Below are positions 1 through 14,144 of a stretch of 45,560 nt of DNA, piece by piece. Made by a program: the position numbers and the translations under genes. Source of the DNA: Escherichia phage ev243; sequence record NC_049955.1; one strand, written 5' to 3'. Below the pieces are notes generated by a model. The model worked only from the letters and a program-made list of their open reading frames with translations. It was not told the DNA's origin and did no database searches. Numbering within the stretch: position 1 is the stretch's first letter; each line of letters opens with the position of its first letter.

Positions 1-190
1 GGGCGGCGACCGCGGGTTTTCGCTATTTATGAAAATTTTCCGGTTTAAGGCGTTTCCGTTCTTCTTCGTCGTAACTTAATGTTTTTATTTAAAATACCCC
101 CTGAAAAGAAAGGAAACGACAGGTGCTGAAAACGAACTTTTGGGCCTTTGTCGTTTCCTTTCTCTGTTTTTGGCCGTGGAATGAGCAATG
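1..190. other. cos site, left part: cosN half-site and cosB (terminase binding region) upstream of nu1
   Basis: Starts gggcggcgacc..., near-identical to the remembered lambda left end; directly precedes nu1. Confidence 0.8.
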
Positions 191-707
191 GAAGTCAACA
201 AAAAGCAGCTGGCTGACATTTTCGGTGCGAGTATCCGTACCATTCAGAACTGGCAGGAACAGGGAATGCCCGTTCTGCGAGGCGGTGGCAAGGGTAATGA
301 GGTGCTTTATGACTCTGCCGCCGTCATAAAATGGTATGCCGAAAGGGATGCTGAAATTGAGAACGAAAAGCTGCGCCGGGAGGTTGAAGAACTGCGGCAG
401 GCCAGCGAGGCAGATCTCCAGCCAGGAACTATTGAGTACGAACGCCATCGACTTACGCGTGCGCAGGCCGACGCACAGGAACTGAAGAATGCCAGAGACT
501 CCGCTGAAGTGGTGGAAACCGCATTCTGTACTTTCGTGTTGTCGCGGATCGCAGGTGAAATTGCCAGTATTCTCGACGGGCTCCCCCTGTCGGTGCAGCG
601 GCGTTTTCCGGAACTGGAAAACCGACATGTTGATTTCCTGAAACGGGATATCATCAAAGCCATGAACAAAGCAGCCGCGCTGGATGAACTGATACCGGGG
701 TTGCTGA

Positions 708-733
<26 letters not shown>
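188..733 (+). CDS. nu1: Terminase small subunit Nu1
   Basis: 181 aa; MEVNKKQLADIFGASIRTIQNWQEQGMPVLRGGGKGNEV... matches lambda Nu1 as remembered. Confidence 0.95.
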
Positions 734-4414
<3,681 letters not shown>

Positions 4415-4434
<20 letters not shown>

Positions 4435-5734
4435 TCTCCCGCATATTGCCAGCATGGCTTTTAATGAGCCGCTGATGCTTGAACCCGCCTATGCGCGGGT
4501 TTTCTTTTGTGCGCTTGCAGGCCAGCTTGGGATCAGTCGCCTGACGGATGCAGTATCCGGCGACAGCCTGACTGCCGGAGAGGCACCCGCGGCGCTGGCG
4601 TTATCCGGTGATGATGACGGACCACGACAGGCCCGCAGTTATCAGGTCATGAACGGCATCGCCGTGCTGCCGGTGTCCGGTACGCTGGTCAGCCGGACGC
4701 GGGCGCTGCAGCCGTATTCGGGAATGACCGGTTACAACGGCATTATCGCCCGTCTGCAACAGGCTGCCAGCGATCCGATGGTGGACGGCATTCTGCTCGA
4801 TATGGACACACCGGGCGGGATGGTGGCGGGAGCATTTGACTGTGCTGACATCATCGCCCGTGTGCGTGACATAAAGCCGGTATGGGCGCTGGCCAACGAC
4901 ATGAACTGCAGTGCAGGTCAGCTGCTTGCCAGCGCCGCCTCCCGGCGTCTGGTCACGCAGACCGCCCGGACAGGCTCCATCGGCGTCATGATGGCTCACA
5001 GTAATTACGGCGCTGCGCTGGAGAAACAGGGCGTGGAAATCACGCTGATTTACAGCGGCAGCCATAAGGTGGATGGCAACCCCTACAGCCATCTACCGGG
5101 TGATGTCCGGGAGACACTGCAGTCCCGGATGGATGCAACCCGCCGGATGTTTGCGCAGAAGGTGTCGGCATATACCGGCCTGTCCGTGCAGGCTGTGCTG
5201 GATACCGAGGCTGCAGTGTACAGCGGTCAGGAGGCCATTGATGCCGGACTGGCTGATGAACTTGTCAACAGCACCGATGCGATCACCGTTATGCGTGATG
5301 CACTGGATGCACGTAAATCCCGTCTCTCAGGAGGGCGAATGACCAAAGAGACTCAATCAACAACTGTTTCAGCCACTGCTTCGCAGGCTGACGTTACTGA
5401 CGTGGTGCAAGCGACGGAGGGCGAAAACGCCAGCGCGGCGCAGCCGGACGTGAACGCGCAGATCACCGCAGCGGTTGCGGCAGAAAACAGTCGCATTATG
5501 GGGATCCTCAACTGTGAGGAGGCTCACGGACGCGAAGAACAGGCCCGCGTGCTGGCAGAAACCCCCGGTATGACCGTGGAAACGGCCCGCCGCATTCTGG
5601 CAGCTGCACCACAGAGTGCACAGGCGCGCAGTGACACTGCGCTGGATCGTCTGATGCAGGGGGCACCGGCACCGCTGGCTGCAGGTAACCCGGCATCTGA
5701 TGCCGTTAACGATTTGCTGAACACACCAGTGTAA
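4415..5734 (+). CDS. C: Prohead protease / minor capsid protein C (GTG start)
   Basis: 439 aa from GTG at 4415 preceded by aggaggag; VTAELRNLPHIASMAFNEPL... as in lambda gpC. Confidence 0.9.
5129..5734 (+). CDS. nu3: Scaffolding protein Nu3 (in-frame internal start within C)
   Basis: Internal ATG (MDATRRMFAQKV...) in the C frame, 201 aa; nested-gene arrangement known from lambda. Confidence 0.8.
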   Translation: MDATRRMFAQKVSAYTGLSVQAVLDTEAAVYSGQEAIDAGLADELVNSTDAITVMRDALDARKSRLSGGRMTKETQSTTVSATASQADVTDVVQATEGENASAAQPDVNAQITAAVAAENSRIMGILNCEEAHGREEQARVLAETPGMTVETARRILAAAPQSAQARSDTALDRLMQGAPAPLAAGNPASDAVNDLLNTPV

Positions 5735-5743
5735 GGGATGTTT

Positions 5744-6076
5744 ATGACGAGCAAAGAAACCTTTACCCATTACCAGCCGCTGGGCAACAGTGACCCGGCA
5801 CATACGGCAACCGCGCCCGGCGGATTGAGTGCGAAAACGCCTGCAATGACCCCGCTGATGCTGGACACCGCCACCCGTAAGCTGGTTGTGTGGGATGGCA
5901 CCACCGACGGTGCTGCCGTTGGCATTCTGGCGGTTGCTGCTGACCAGACCAGCACCACGCTGACGTTCTACAAGTCCGGCACGTTCCGTTATGAGGATGT
6001 GCTCTGGCCGGAGGCTGCCAGCGACGAGACGAAAAAACGGACTGCGTTTGCCGGAACGGCAATCAGCATCGTTTAA
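5744..6076 (+). CDS. D: Head decoration protein D
   Basis: [41 protein letters not shown]... lambda gpD-like, 110 aa. Confidence 0.95.
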   Translation: MTSKETFTHYQPLGNSDPAHTATAPGGLSAKTPAMTPLMLDTATRKLVVWDGTTDGAAVGILAVAADQTSTTLTFYKSGTFRYEDVLWPEAASDETKKRTAFAGTAISIV

Positions 6077-6097
6077 CCTTACCCTTCATCACTAAAG

Positions 6098-6118
6098 GCC
6101 GCCTGTGCGGCTTTTTTT
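6098..6118 (+). terminator. Stem-loop plus T-run between D and E (attenuator/terminator-like)
   Basis: gccgc-ctgt-gcggc followed by ttttttt. Confidence 0.4.
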
Positions 6119-6131
6119 ACGGGATTTTTTT

Positions 6132-7157
6132 ATGTCGATGTACACAACCGCCCAGCTGCTGGCGGCAAATGAGAAGAAATTTAAGTTTGATCCGCTGTTT
6201 CTGCGTCTCTTTTTCCGTGAGAGCTATCCCTTCACCACGGAGAAAGTCTATCTCTCACAAATTCCGGGACTGGTAAACATGGCGCTGTACGTTTCGCCGA
6301 TTGTTTCCGGTGAGGTTATCCGCTCCCGTGGCGGCTCCACCTCCGAATTTACGCCGGGATATGTCAAGCCGAAGCATGAGGTGAATCCGCAGATGACCCT
6401 GCGTCGCCTGCCGGATGAAGATCCACAGAATCTGGCAGACCCGGCTTACCGCCGCCGTCGCATCATCATGCAGAACATGCGAGACGAAGAGCTGGCCATT
6501 GCTCAGGTCGAAGAGATGCAGGCCGTTTCTGCCGTGCTTAAGGGCAAATACACCATGACCGGTGAAGCCTTCGATCCGGTTGAGGTGGATATGGGCCGCA
6601 GTGCGGCGAATAACATCACACAGTCCGGCGGCACGGAGTGGAGCAAGCGTGACAAGTCCACGTATGACCCGACCGACGATATCGAAGCCTACGCACTGAA
6701 CGCCAGCGGCGTGGTGAATATCATCGTGTTTGATCCGAAAGGCTGGGCGCTGTTCCGTTCCTTCAAAGCCGTCAAGGAGAAGCTGGATACCCGTCGCGGC
6801 TCTAATTCCGAGCTGGAGACAGCGGTAAAAGACCTGGGCGAAGCGGTGTCCTATAAGGGGATGTATGGCGATACGGCGATCGTCGTGTATTCCGGACAGT
6901 ACGTGGAAAACGACGTCAAAAAGAACTTCCTGCCGGACAACACGATGGTGCTGGGGAACACTCAGGCACGCGGTCTGCGCACCTATGGATGCATTCAGGA
7001 TGCGGACGCACAGCGCGAAGGTATTAACGCCTCTGCCCGCTACCCGAAAAACTGGGTGACCACTGGCGATCCGGCGCGTGAGTTCACCATGATTCAGTCA
7101 GCACCGCTGATGCTGCTGGCTGACCCTGATGCGTTCGTGTCCGTACAACTGGCGTAA
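6132..7157 (+). CDS. E: Major capsid protein E
   Basis: 341 aa; MSMYTTAQLLAANEKKFKFDPLFLRLFFRESYPFTTEKVY... lambda gpE-like. Confidence 0.95.
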   Translation: MSMYTTAQLLAANEKKFKFDPLFLRLFFRESYPFTTEKVYLSQIPGLVNMALYVSPIVSGEVIRSRGGSTSEFTPGYVKPKHEVNPQMTLRRLPDEDPQNLADPAYRRRRIIMQNMRDEELAIAQVEEMQAVSAVLKGKYTMTGEAFDPVEVDMGRSAANNITQSGGTEWSKRDKSTYDPTDDIEAYALNASGVVNIIVFDPKGWALFRSFKAVKEKLDTRRGSNSELETAVKDLGEAVSYKGMYGDTAIVVYSGQYVENDVKKNFLPDNTMVLGNTQARGLRTYGCIQDADAQREGINASARYPKNWVTTGDPAREFTMIQSAPLMLLADPDAFVSVQLA

Positions 7158-7198
7158 TCATGGCCCTTCGGGGCCATTGTTTCTCTGTGGAGGAGTCC

Positions 7199-7594
7199 AT
7201 GACGAAAGATGAACTGATTGCCCGTCTCCGGTCGCTGGGTGAGCAACTGAACCGTGATGTCAGCCTGACGGGGACGAAAGAAGAACTGGCGCTCCGTGTG
7301 GCAGAGCTGGAAGAGGAGCTTGATGACACGGATGACGCTGCTGGTCAGGACACATCTGTCAGCCCGGAAAATGCGCTGACCGGACATGAAAATGAGGTGG
7401 TATCAGCGCAGCCGGATACCGTGACTGATACGGCTGATCTGGTCACGGTTGTGGCACTGGTGACGCTGCATACTGATGCACTTCACGCCACGCGGGATGA
7501 GGCTGTGGCATTTGTGCTGCCGGGAACGGCGTTCCGTGTCTCTGCCGGTGTGGCAGCTGAAATGACAGAGCGCGGCCTGGCCAGAATGCAATAA
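7199..7594 (+). CDS. FI: DNA packaging protein FI
   Basis: MTKDELIARLRSLGEQLNRDVSLTGTKEELALRVAELEEELDD... lambda FI-like. Confidence 0.9.
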   Translation: MTKDELIARLRSLGEQLNRDVSLTGTKEELALRVAELEEELDDTDDAAGQDTSVSPENALTGHENEVVSAQPDTVTDTADLVTVVALVTLHTDALHATRDEAVAFVLPGTAFRVSAGVAAEMTERGLARMQ

Positions 7595-7605
7595 CGGGAG
7601 GCGCT

Positions 7606-7959
7606 GTGGCTGATTTCGATAACCTGTTCGATGCTGCCATTGCCCGCGCCGATGAAACGATACGCGGGTACATGGGAACGTCAGCCACCATGACATCCGG
7701 TGAGCAGTCCGGTGCTGTGATACGTGGTGTTTTTGATGATCCTGAAAATATCAGCTATGCCGGACAGGGCGTGCGCGTTGAAGGCTCCAGCCCGTTCCTG
7801 TTTGTCCGGACTGATGATGTGCGGCAGCTGCGGCGCGGCGACACGCTGACCATCGGTGAGGAAAACTTCTGGATAGACCGGATTTCGCCGGATGATGGCG
7901 GAAGCTGTCATCTCTGGCTTGGGCGGGGCGTACCGCCTGCCGTTAACCGTCGCCGCTGA
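7606..7959 (+). CDS. FII: Head-tail connector protein FII
   Basis: 117 aa; MADFDNLFDAAIARADETIRGYMG... lambda FII-like. Confidence 0.9.
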   Translation: MADFDNLFDAAIARADETIRGYMGTSATMTSGEQSGAVIRGVFDDPENISYAGQGVRVEGSSPFLFVRTDDVRQLRRGDTLTIGEENFWIDRISPDDGGSCHLWLGRGVPPAVNRRR

Positions 7960-7970
7960 AAGGGGGATGT

Positions 7971-8549
7971 ATGGCCATAAAAGGTCTTGAGCAGGCCGTT
8001 GAAAACCTCAGCCGTATCAGCAGAACGGCGGTGCCCGGTGCCGCCGCAATGGCCATTAACCGCGTTGCTTCATCCGCGATATCGCAGTCGGCGTCACAGG
8101 TTGCCCGTGAGACAAAGGTACGCCGGAAACTGGTAAAGGAAAGGGCCAGGCTGAAAAGGGCCACGGTCAAAAATCCGCAGGCCAGAATCAGGGTTAACCG
8201 GGGGGATTTGCCCGTAATAAAGCTGGGTAACGCGCGGATTGTCCTGTCCCGACGCAGGCGTCGTAAAAAGGGGCAGCGTTCAGCCCTGAAAGGTGGCGGC
8301 AGCGTGCTTGTGGTGGGAAACCGTCGTATTCCCGGCGCGTTTATTCAGCAACTGAAAAATGGCCGCTGGCATGTTATGCAGCGTGTGGCCGGGAAAAATC
8401 GTTACCCCATTGATGTGGTGAAAATTCCGATGGCGGTGCCGCTGACCACGGCGTTTAAACAGAATATTGAGCGGATACGGCGTGAGCGTCTTCCGAAAGA
8501 GCTGGGCTATGCGCTGCAGCATCAACTGAGGATGGTAATAAAGCGATGA
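7971..8549 (+). CDS. Z: Tail completion protein Z
   Basis: 192 aa lambda gpZ-like. Confidence 0.9.
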   Translation: MAIKGLEQAVENLSRISRTAVPGAAAMAINRVASSAISQSASQVARETKVRRKLVKERARLKRATVKNPQARIRVNRGDLPVIKLGNARIVLSRRRRRKKGQRSALKGGGSVLVVGNRRIPGAFIQQLKNGRWHVMQRVAGKNRYPIDVVKIPMAVPLTTAFKQNIERIRRERLPKELGYALQHQLRMVIKR

Positions 8550-8941
8550 AACATACTGAACTCCGTGCAGCCGTACTGGATGCACTGGAGAAGCATGACA
8601 CCGGGGCGACGTTTTTTGATGGTCGCCCCGCTGTTTTTGATGAGGCGGATTTTCCGGCAGTTGCCGTTTATCTCACCGGCGCTGAATACACGGGCGAAGA
8701 GCTGGACAGCGATACCTGGCAGGCGGAGCTGCATATTGAAGTTTTCCTGCCTGCTCAGGTGCCGGATTCAGAGCTGGATTCGTGGATGGAGTCCCGGATT
8801 TATCCGGTGATGAGCGATATCCCGGCACTGTCAGATTTGATCACCAGTATGGTGGCCAGTGGCTATGACTACCGGCGCGACGATGATGCGGGCCTGTGGA
8901 GTTCAGCCGATCTGACTTATGTCATTACCTATGAAATGTGA
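8546..8941 (+). CDS. U: Tail terminator protein U
   Basis: 131 aa lambda gpU-like; ATGA coupling to Z. Confidence 0.9.
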   Translation: MKHTELRAAVLDALEKHDTGATFFDGRPAVFDEADFPAVAVYLTGAEYTGEELDSDTWQAELHIEVFLPAQVPDSELDSWMESRIYPVMSDIPALSDLITSMVASGYDYRRDDDAGLWSSADLTYVITYEM

Positions 8942-8948
8942 GGACGAT

Positions 8949-9689
8949 ATGCCAACACCAAATCCTCTGGCACCGGTGAAAGGGGCCGGGACCACACTGT
9001 GGGTTTATAAGGGGAACGGTGACCCTTATGCGAACCCGCTTTCAGACGTTGACTGGTCGCGTCTGGCTAAAGTTAAAGACCTGACGCCCGGCGAACTGAC
9101 CGCTGAGTCCTATGACGACAGTTATCTCGATGATGAAGATGCGGACTGGACCGCGACCGGACAGGGGCAGAAATCTGCCGGAGATACCAGCTTCACGCTG
9201 GCGTGGATGCCCGGAGAGCAGGGGCAGCAGGCGCTGCTGGCGTGGTTTAATGAAGGGGATACCCGAGCCTATAAAATCCGCTTCCCGAACGGCACGGTCG
9301 ATGTGTTCCGCGGCTGGGTCAGCAGTATCGGTAAGGCGGTGACGGCGAAGGAAGTGATCACCCGCACGGTGAAGGTCACCAATGTGGGCCGTCCGTCGAT
9401 GGCAGAAGATCGCAGCACGGTGACGGCGACAACCGGCATGACGGTGACACCCGCCAGTGCTTCCGTAGTGAAAGGGCAGAGCACCACGCTGACCGTGGCA
9501 TTCCAGCCGGAGGGCGCAACCGACAAGAGCTTCCGTGCGGTGTCTGCGGATAAAACAAAAGCCACCGTGTCGGTCAGTGGTATGACCATCACCGTGAAAG
9601 GTGTTGCTGCAGGCAAGGTCAACATTCCGGTCGTATCCGGTAATGGTGAGTTTGCTGCGGTTGCAGAAATCAACGTCACCGCCAGTTAA
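8949..9689 (+). CDS. V: Major tail tube protein V
   Basis: [42 protein letters not shown]... lambda gpV-like, 246 aa. Confidence 0.95.
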   Translation: MPTPNPLAPVKGAGTTLWVYKGNGDPYANPLSDVDWSRLAKVKDLTPGELTAESYDDSYLDDEDADWTATGQGQKSAGDTSFTLAWMPGEQGQQALLAWFNEGDTRAYKIRFPNGTVDVFRGWVSSIGKAVTAKEVITRTVKVTNVGRPSMAEDRSTVTATTGMTVTPASASVVKGQSTTLTVAFQPEGATDKSFRAVSADKTKATVSVSGMTITVKGVAAGKVNIPVVSGNGEFAAVAEINVTAS

Positions 9690-9704
9690 TCCGGAGAGTC
9701 AGCG

Positions 9705-10127
9705 ATGTTCCTGAAAACCGAATCATTTGAACATAACGGTGTGACCGTCACGCTTTCTGAACTGTCAGCCCTGCAGCGTATTGAGCATCTCGCCCTGATG
9801 AAACGGCAGGCAGAACAGGCGGAGTCAGACAGCAACCGGAAGTTTACTGTGGAAGACGCCATCAGAACCGGCGCGTTTCTGGTGGCGATGTCCCTGTGGC
9901 ATAACCATCCGAAGAAGACAAAGCTGCCTTCCATGAATGAAGCCGTTAAACAGATTGAGCAGGAAGTGCTTACCACCTGGCCCACAGAGGCAATTTCTCA
10001 TGCTGAAAACGTGGTGTACCGGCTGTCCGGTATGTATGAGTTTGTGGTGAATGATGCCCCTGAACAGGCAGAGGACGCCGGGTCTGCAGAGCCTGTTTCT
10101 GCGGGAAAGTGTTCGACGGTGAGCTGA
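9705..10127 (+). CDS. G: Tail assembly chaperone G
   Basis: 140 aa lambda gpG-like, ending ...SAGKCSTVS. Confidence 0.9.
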   Translation: MFLKTESFEHNGVTVTLSELSALQRIEHLALMKRQAEQAESDSNRKFTVEDAIRTGAFLVAMSLWHNHPKKTKLPSMNEAVKQIEQEVLTTWPTEAISHAENVVYRLSGMYEFVVNDAPEQAEDAGSAEPVSAGKCSTVS

Positions 10128-10543
10128 GTTTTGCCCTGAAACTGGCGCGTGAGATGGGGCGACCTGACTGGCGCGCCATGCTTGCCGGGATGTCATCCAC
10201 AGAGTATGCCGACTGGCACCGCTTTTACAGTACCCATTATTTTCATGATGTTCTGCTGGATATGCACTTTTCCGGGCTGACGTACACCGTGCTCAGCCTG
10301 TTTTTCAGCGATCCGGATATGCATCCGCTGGATTTCAGTCTGCTGAACCGGCGTGAGGCTGACGAAGAGCCTGAAGATGATGTGCTGATGCAGAAAGCGG
10401 CAGGGCTTGCCGGAGGCGTCCGCTTTGCCCCGGACGGAAATGAAGTTATCCCCGCTTCCCCGGATATGGCGGGCATGACGGAGGATGACGTAATGCTGAT
10501 GACAGTATCAGAAGGGATCGCAGGAGGAGTCCGGTATGGCTGA
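9705..10543 (+). CDS. T: Tail assembly chaperone G-T fusion made by programmed -1 ribosomal frameshift
   Basis: Slippery heptamer G GGA AAG at 10103-10109 near the end of G; the -1 frame continues VFDGELSFALKLA... to 10543. Confidence 0.85.
10103..10109 (+). other. -1 programmed frameshift slippery site (GGGAAAG)
   Basis: X XXY YYZ heptamer in the zero frame of G, 6 codons before the G stop. Confidence 0.85.
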
Positions 10544-13115
10544 ACCGGTAGGCGATCTGGTCGTTGATTTAAGTCTGGATGCGGCCAGATTTGACGAGCA
10601 GATGGCCAGAGTCAGGCGTCATTTTTCCGGTACGGAAAGTGATGCGAAAAAAACAGCGGCAGTCGTTGAACAGTCGCTGAGCCGACAGGCGCTGGCTGCA
10701 CAGAAAGCGGGGATTTCCGTCGGGCAGTATAAAGCTGCCATGCGTATGCTGCCTGCGCAGTTCACTGACGTGGCCACGCAGCTTGCAGGCGGGCAAAGTC
10801 CGTGGCTGATCCTGCTGCAACAGGGTGGTCAGGTGAAGGACTCCTTCGGCGGGATGATCCCCATGTTCAGGGGGCTTGCCGGTGCGATCACCCTGCCGAT
10901 GGTCGGGGCCACCTCGCTGGCGGTGGCGACCGGTGCGCTGGCGTATGCCTGGTATCAGGGCAACTCAACCCTGTCCGATTTCAATAAAACGCTGGTCCTT
11001 TCCGGTAATCAGGCGGGACTGACGGCAGATCGTATGCTGGCCCTGTCCAGATCCGGGCAGGCGGCAGGGCTGACGTTTAACCAGACCAGCGAGTCACTGA
11101 CGGCGCTGGTGAATGCCGGTGTGCGTGGTGGTGAGCAGTTTGAGGCAATCAGCCAGAGTGTGGCGCGTTTCTCCTCTGCATCCGGCGTGGAGGTGGACAA
11201 GGTCGCTGAAGCCTTCGGGAAGCTGACCACTGACCCGACGTCTGGGTTGACGGCGATGGCGCGCCAGTTCCATAACGTGACGGCGGAACAGATTGCGTAT
11301 GTTGCTCAGTTGCAGCGTTCCGGCGATGGGGCCGGGGCATTGCAGGCGGCGAACGAGGCCGCAACGAAAGGGTTTGATGACCAGACCCGTAAACTGAAAG
11401 ATAACATGGGTACGCTGGAGACCTGGGCAGACAAGACTGCACAGGCATTCAAATCCATGTGGGATGCGGTGCTGGATATTGGTCGCCCGGACTCCTCTGC
11501 AGATATGCTCGCCAAAGCTGAAAAGGCTTTTGATGAAGCGGATAAAAAATGGCAGTGGTATCAGAGCCGAAGCCACCGGCGCGGTAAAACGTCAGCATTT
11601 CTTGCCAATCTCCGGGGGGCATGGGAGAAGAGAGAGAATGCGCGACTTGGGCTTTCAGCCGCCACGTTGCAGGCAGATCTTGAAAAGGCCAGTGAGATGG
11701 CAGCAAAAGATCGGGCCGAGTCTGAGGCATCACGGCTGAAATATACCGAAGAGGCGCAGAAGGCTTACGAACGCCTGCAGACACCGCTGGAGAAATATAC
11801 CGCCCGCCAGGAGGAACTGAATAAGGCACTGAAAGACGGAAAAATCCTGCAGGCAGATTACAACACGCTGATGGCGGCGGCGAAAAAGGACTATGAAGCG
11901 ACGCTGAAAAAGCCGAAGCAGTCCGGCGTGAAAGTGTCTGCGGGCGATCGTCAGGAAGACAGTGCTCATGCTGCCCTGCTGACGCTTCAGGCAGAACTCC
12001 GGACACTGGAGAAGCATGCCGGAGCGAATGAGAAAATCAGCCAGCAGCGCCGGGATTTGTGGAAGGCGGAAAGTCAGTTCGCGGTACTGGAGGAGGCGGC
12101 GCAACGTCGCCAGCTGTCCGCACAGGAGAAATCCCTGCTGGCGCATAAAGATGAGACGCTGGAGTACAAACGCCAGCTGGCTGCACTTGGCGATAAGGTC
12201 ACGTATCAGGAGCACCTGAACGCGCTGGCGCAGCAGGCGGATAAATTCGCACAGCAGCAACGGGCAAAACGGGCAGCCATTGAGGCGAAAAACCGGGGGC
12301 TGACTGACCGGCAGGCAGCGCGGGACGCCACGGAACAGCGCCTGAAGGAACAGTATGGCGATAATCCGCTGGCGCTGAATAGCGTCATGTCAGAGCAGAA
12401 AAAGACCTGGGCGGCTGAAGACCAGCTTCGCGGGAGCTGGATGGCAGGCCTCAGGTCAGGCTGGAGTGAGTGGGAAGAGAGCGCCACGGACAGTATGTCG
12501 CAGGTTAAAAGTGCAGCCACGCAGACCTTTGATGGTATTGCACAGAATATGGCGGCGATGCTGACCGGCAGTGAACAGAACTGGCGCAGCTTCACCCGTT
12601 CCGTGCTGTCCATGATGACAGAAATTCTGCTTAAGCAGGCAATGGTGGGGATTGTCGGGAGTATCGGCAGCGCCATTGGAGGTGCTACCGGTGGCGGCGC
12701 ATCAGCGTCAGGTGGTACAGCCATTCAGGCCGCTGCGGCGAAATTCCATTTTGCGACCGGGGGATTTACGGGAACCGGCGGCAAATATGAGCCAGCGGGG
12801 ATTGTTCACCGTGGTGAGTTTGTCTTCACGAAGGAGGCAACCAGCCGGATTGGCGTGGGGAATCTCTACCGGCTGATGCGCGGCTATGCCACCGGCGGTT
12901 ATGTCGGTACACCGGGCAGCATGGCAGACAGCCGGTCGCAGGCGTCCGGGACGTTTGAGCAGAATAACCATGTGGTGATTAACAACGACGGCACGAACGG
13001 TCAGATAGGGCCACAGGCGCTGAAGGCGGTTTATGACGTAGCCCGTAAGGCGGCAATGGATGTTGTGACCGGGCAGATGCGTGATGGTGGTCTGTTCTCC
13101 GGAGGTGGACGATGA
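10536..13115 (+). CDS. H: Tail tape measure protein H
   Basis: 859 aa; lambda gpH-like N- and C-terminal regions. Confidence 0.9.
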   Translation: MAEPVGDLVVDLSLDAARFDEQMARVRRHFSGTESDAKKTAAVVEQSLSRQALAAQKAGISVGQYKAAMRMLPAQFTDVATQLAGGQSPWLILLQQGGQVKDSFGGMIPMFRGLAGAITLPMVGATSLAVATGALAYAWYQGNSTLSDFNKTLVLSGNQAGLTADRMLALSRSGQAAGLTFNQTSESLTALVNAGVRGGEQFEAISQSVARFSSASGVEVDKVAEAFGKLTTDPTSGLTAMARQFHNVTAEQIAYVAQLQRSGDGAGALQAANEAATKGFDDQTRKLKDNMGTLETWADKTAQAFKSMWDAVLDIGRPDSSADMLAKAEKAFDEADKKWQWYQSRSHRRGKTSAFLANLRGAWEKRENARLGLSAATLQADLEKASEMAAKDRAESEASRLKYTEEAQKAYERLQTPLEKYTARQEELNKALKDGKILQADYNTLMAAAKKDYEATLKKPKQSGVKVSAGDRQEDSAHAALLTLQAELRTLEKHAGANEKISQQRRDLWKAESQFAVLEEAAQRRQLSAQEKSLLAHKDETLEYKRQLAALGDKVTYQEHLNALAQQADKFAQQQRAKRAAIEAKNRGLTDRQAARDATEQRLKEQYGDNPLALNSVMSEQKKTWAAEDQLRGSWMAGLRSGWSEWEESATDSMSQVKSAATQTFDGIAQNMAAMLTGSEQNWRSFTRSVLSMMTEILLKQAMVGIVGSIGSAIGGATGGGASASGGTAIQAAAAKFHFATGGFTGTGGKYEPAGIVHRGEFVFTKEATSRIGVGNLYRLMRGYATGGYVGTPGSMADSRSQASGTFEQNNHVVINNDGTNGQIGPQALKAVYDVARKAAMDVVTGQMRDGGLFSGGGR

Positions 13116-13441
13116 AAACCTTCCGCTGGAAAGTGAAACCGGGTATGGATGTGGCTTCGACTCCTTCCGTCAGGGAGGTGCGCTTTGGTGATGGCTATTC
13201 CCAGCGAGCGCCTGCCGGGCTGAATGCCAACCTGAAAACGTACAGCGTGACGATTTCTGTCCCCCGTTGGGAGGCCACGGCGCTGGAATCGTTTCTGGCA
13301 GAGCACGGAGGCTGGAAAGCCTTTCTGTGGACGCCGCCTTATGACTGGCGGCAGATAAAGGTGACCTGCGCAAAATGGACGTCGCGGGTCAGTATGCTGC
13401 GTGTTGAGTTCAGCGCAGAGTTTAAACAGGTGGTGAACTGA
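13112..13441 (+). CDS. M: Tail tip protein M
   Basis: 109 aa lambda gpM-like. Confidence 0.9.
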   Translation: MKTFRWKVKPGMDVASTPSVREVRFGDGYSQRAPAGLNANLKTYSVTISVPRWEATALESFLAEHGGWKAFLWTPPYDWRQIKVTCAKWTSRVSMLRVEFSAEFKQVVN

Positions 13442-14139
13442 TGCAGGATATCCGGCAGGAAACACTGAATGAATGCACCCGTGCGGAGCAGTCGGCCAGC
13501 GTGGTGCTCTGGGAAATCGATCTGACAGAGGTCGGTGGTGAACGTTATTTTTTCTGTAATGAGCAGAACGAAAAAGGTGAGCCTGTCACCTGGCAGGGGC
13601 GGCAGTATCTGGCGTATCCCATTCAGGGGAGTGGTTTTGAACTGAATGGCAAAGGCACCAGTACGCGCCCCACGCTGGCAGTCTCTAACCTGTACGGCAT
13701 GGTCACCGGGATGGCGGAAGACCTGCAGAGTCTGGTCGGCGGAACGGTGGTCAGGCGTAAGGTTTACGCCCGTTTTCTGGATGCGGTGAACTTCGTCAAC
13801 GGAAACAGCGATGCCGATCCGGAGCAGGAGGTGATCAGCCGCTGGCGCATCGAGCAGTGCAGCGAACTGAGCGCGGTAAGTGCCTCCTTTGTACTGTCCA
13901 CGCCGACGGAAACGGATGGTGCTGTTTTTCCGGGGCGCATCATGCTGGCCAACACCTGTACCTGGACCTATCGCGGTGATGAGTGCGGTTATAGCGGTCC
14001 GGCGGTCGCGGATGAATATGACCAGCCGACGTCCGATATCACGAAGGATAAATGCAGCAAATGCCTGAGTGGCTGTAAGTTTCGCAATAATGTCGGCAAC
14101 TTTGGCGGCTTCCTTTCCATTAACAAACTTTCGCAGTAA
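13441..14139 (+). CDS. L: Tail tip protein L
   Basis: 232 aa lambda gpL-like. Confidence 0.9.
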   Translation: MQDIRQETLNECTRAEQSASVVLWEIDLTEVGGERYFFCNEQNEKGEPVTWQGRQYLAYPIQGSGFELNGKGTSTRPTLAVSNLYGMVTGMAEDLQSLVGGTVVRRKVYARFLDAVNFVNGNSDADPEQEVISRWRIEQCSELSAVSASFVLSTPTETDGAVFPGRIMLANTCTWTYRGDECGYSGPAVADEYDQPTSDITKDKCSKCLSGCKFRNNVGNFGGFLSINKLSQ

Positions 14140-14144
14140 ATCCC

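Noticed and set aside
11449..12260. Several 160-185-aa minus-strand ORFs inside H
   Set aside because: Antisense artefacts within the tape-measure gene; compositionally biased, no motifs.
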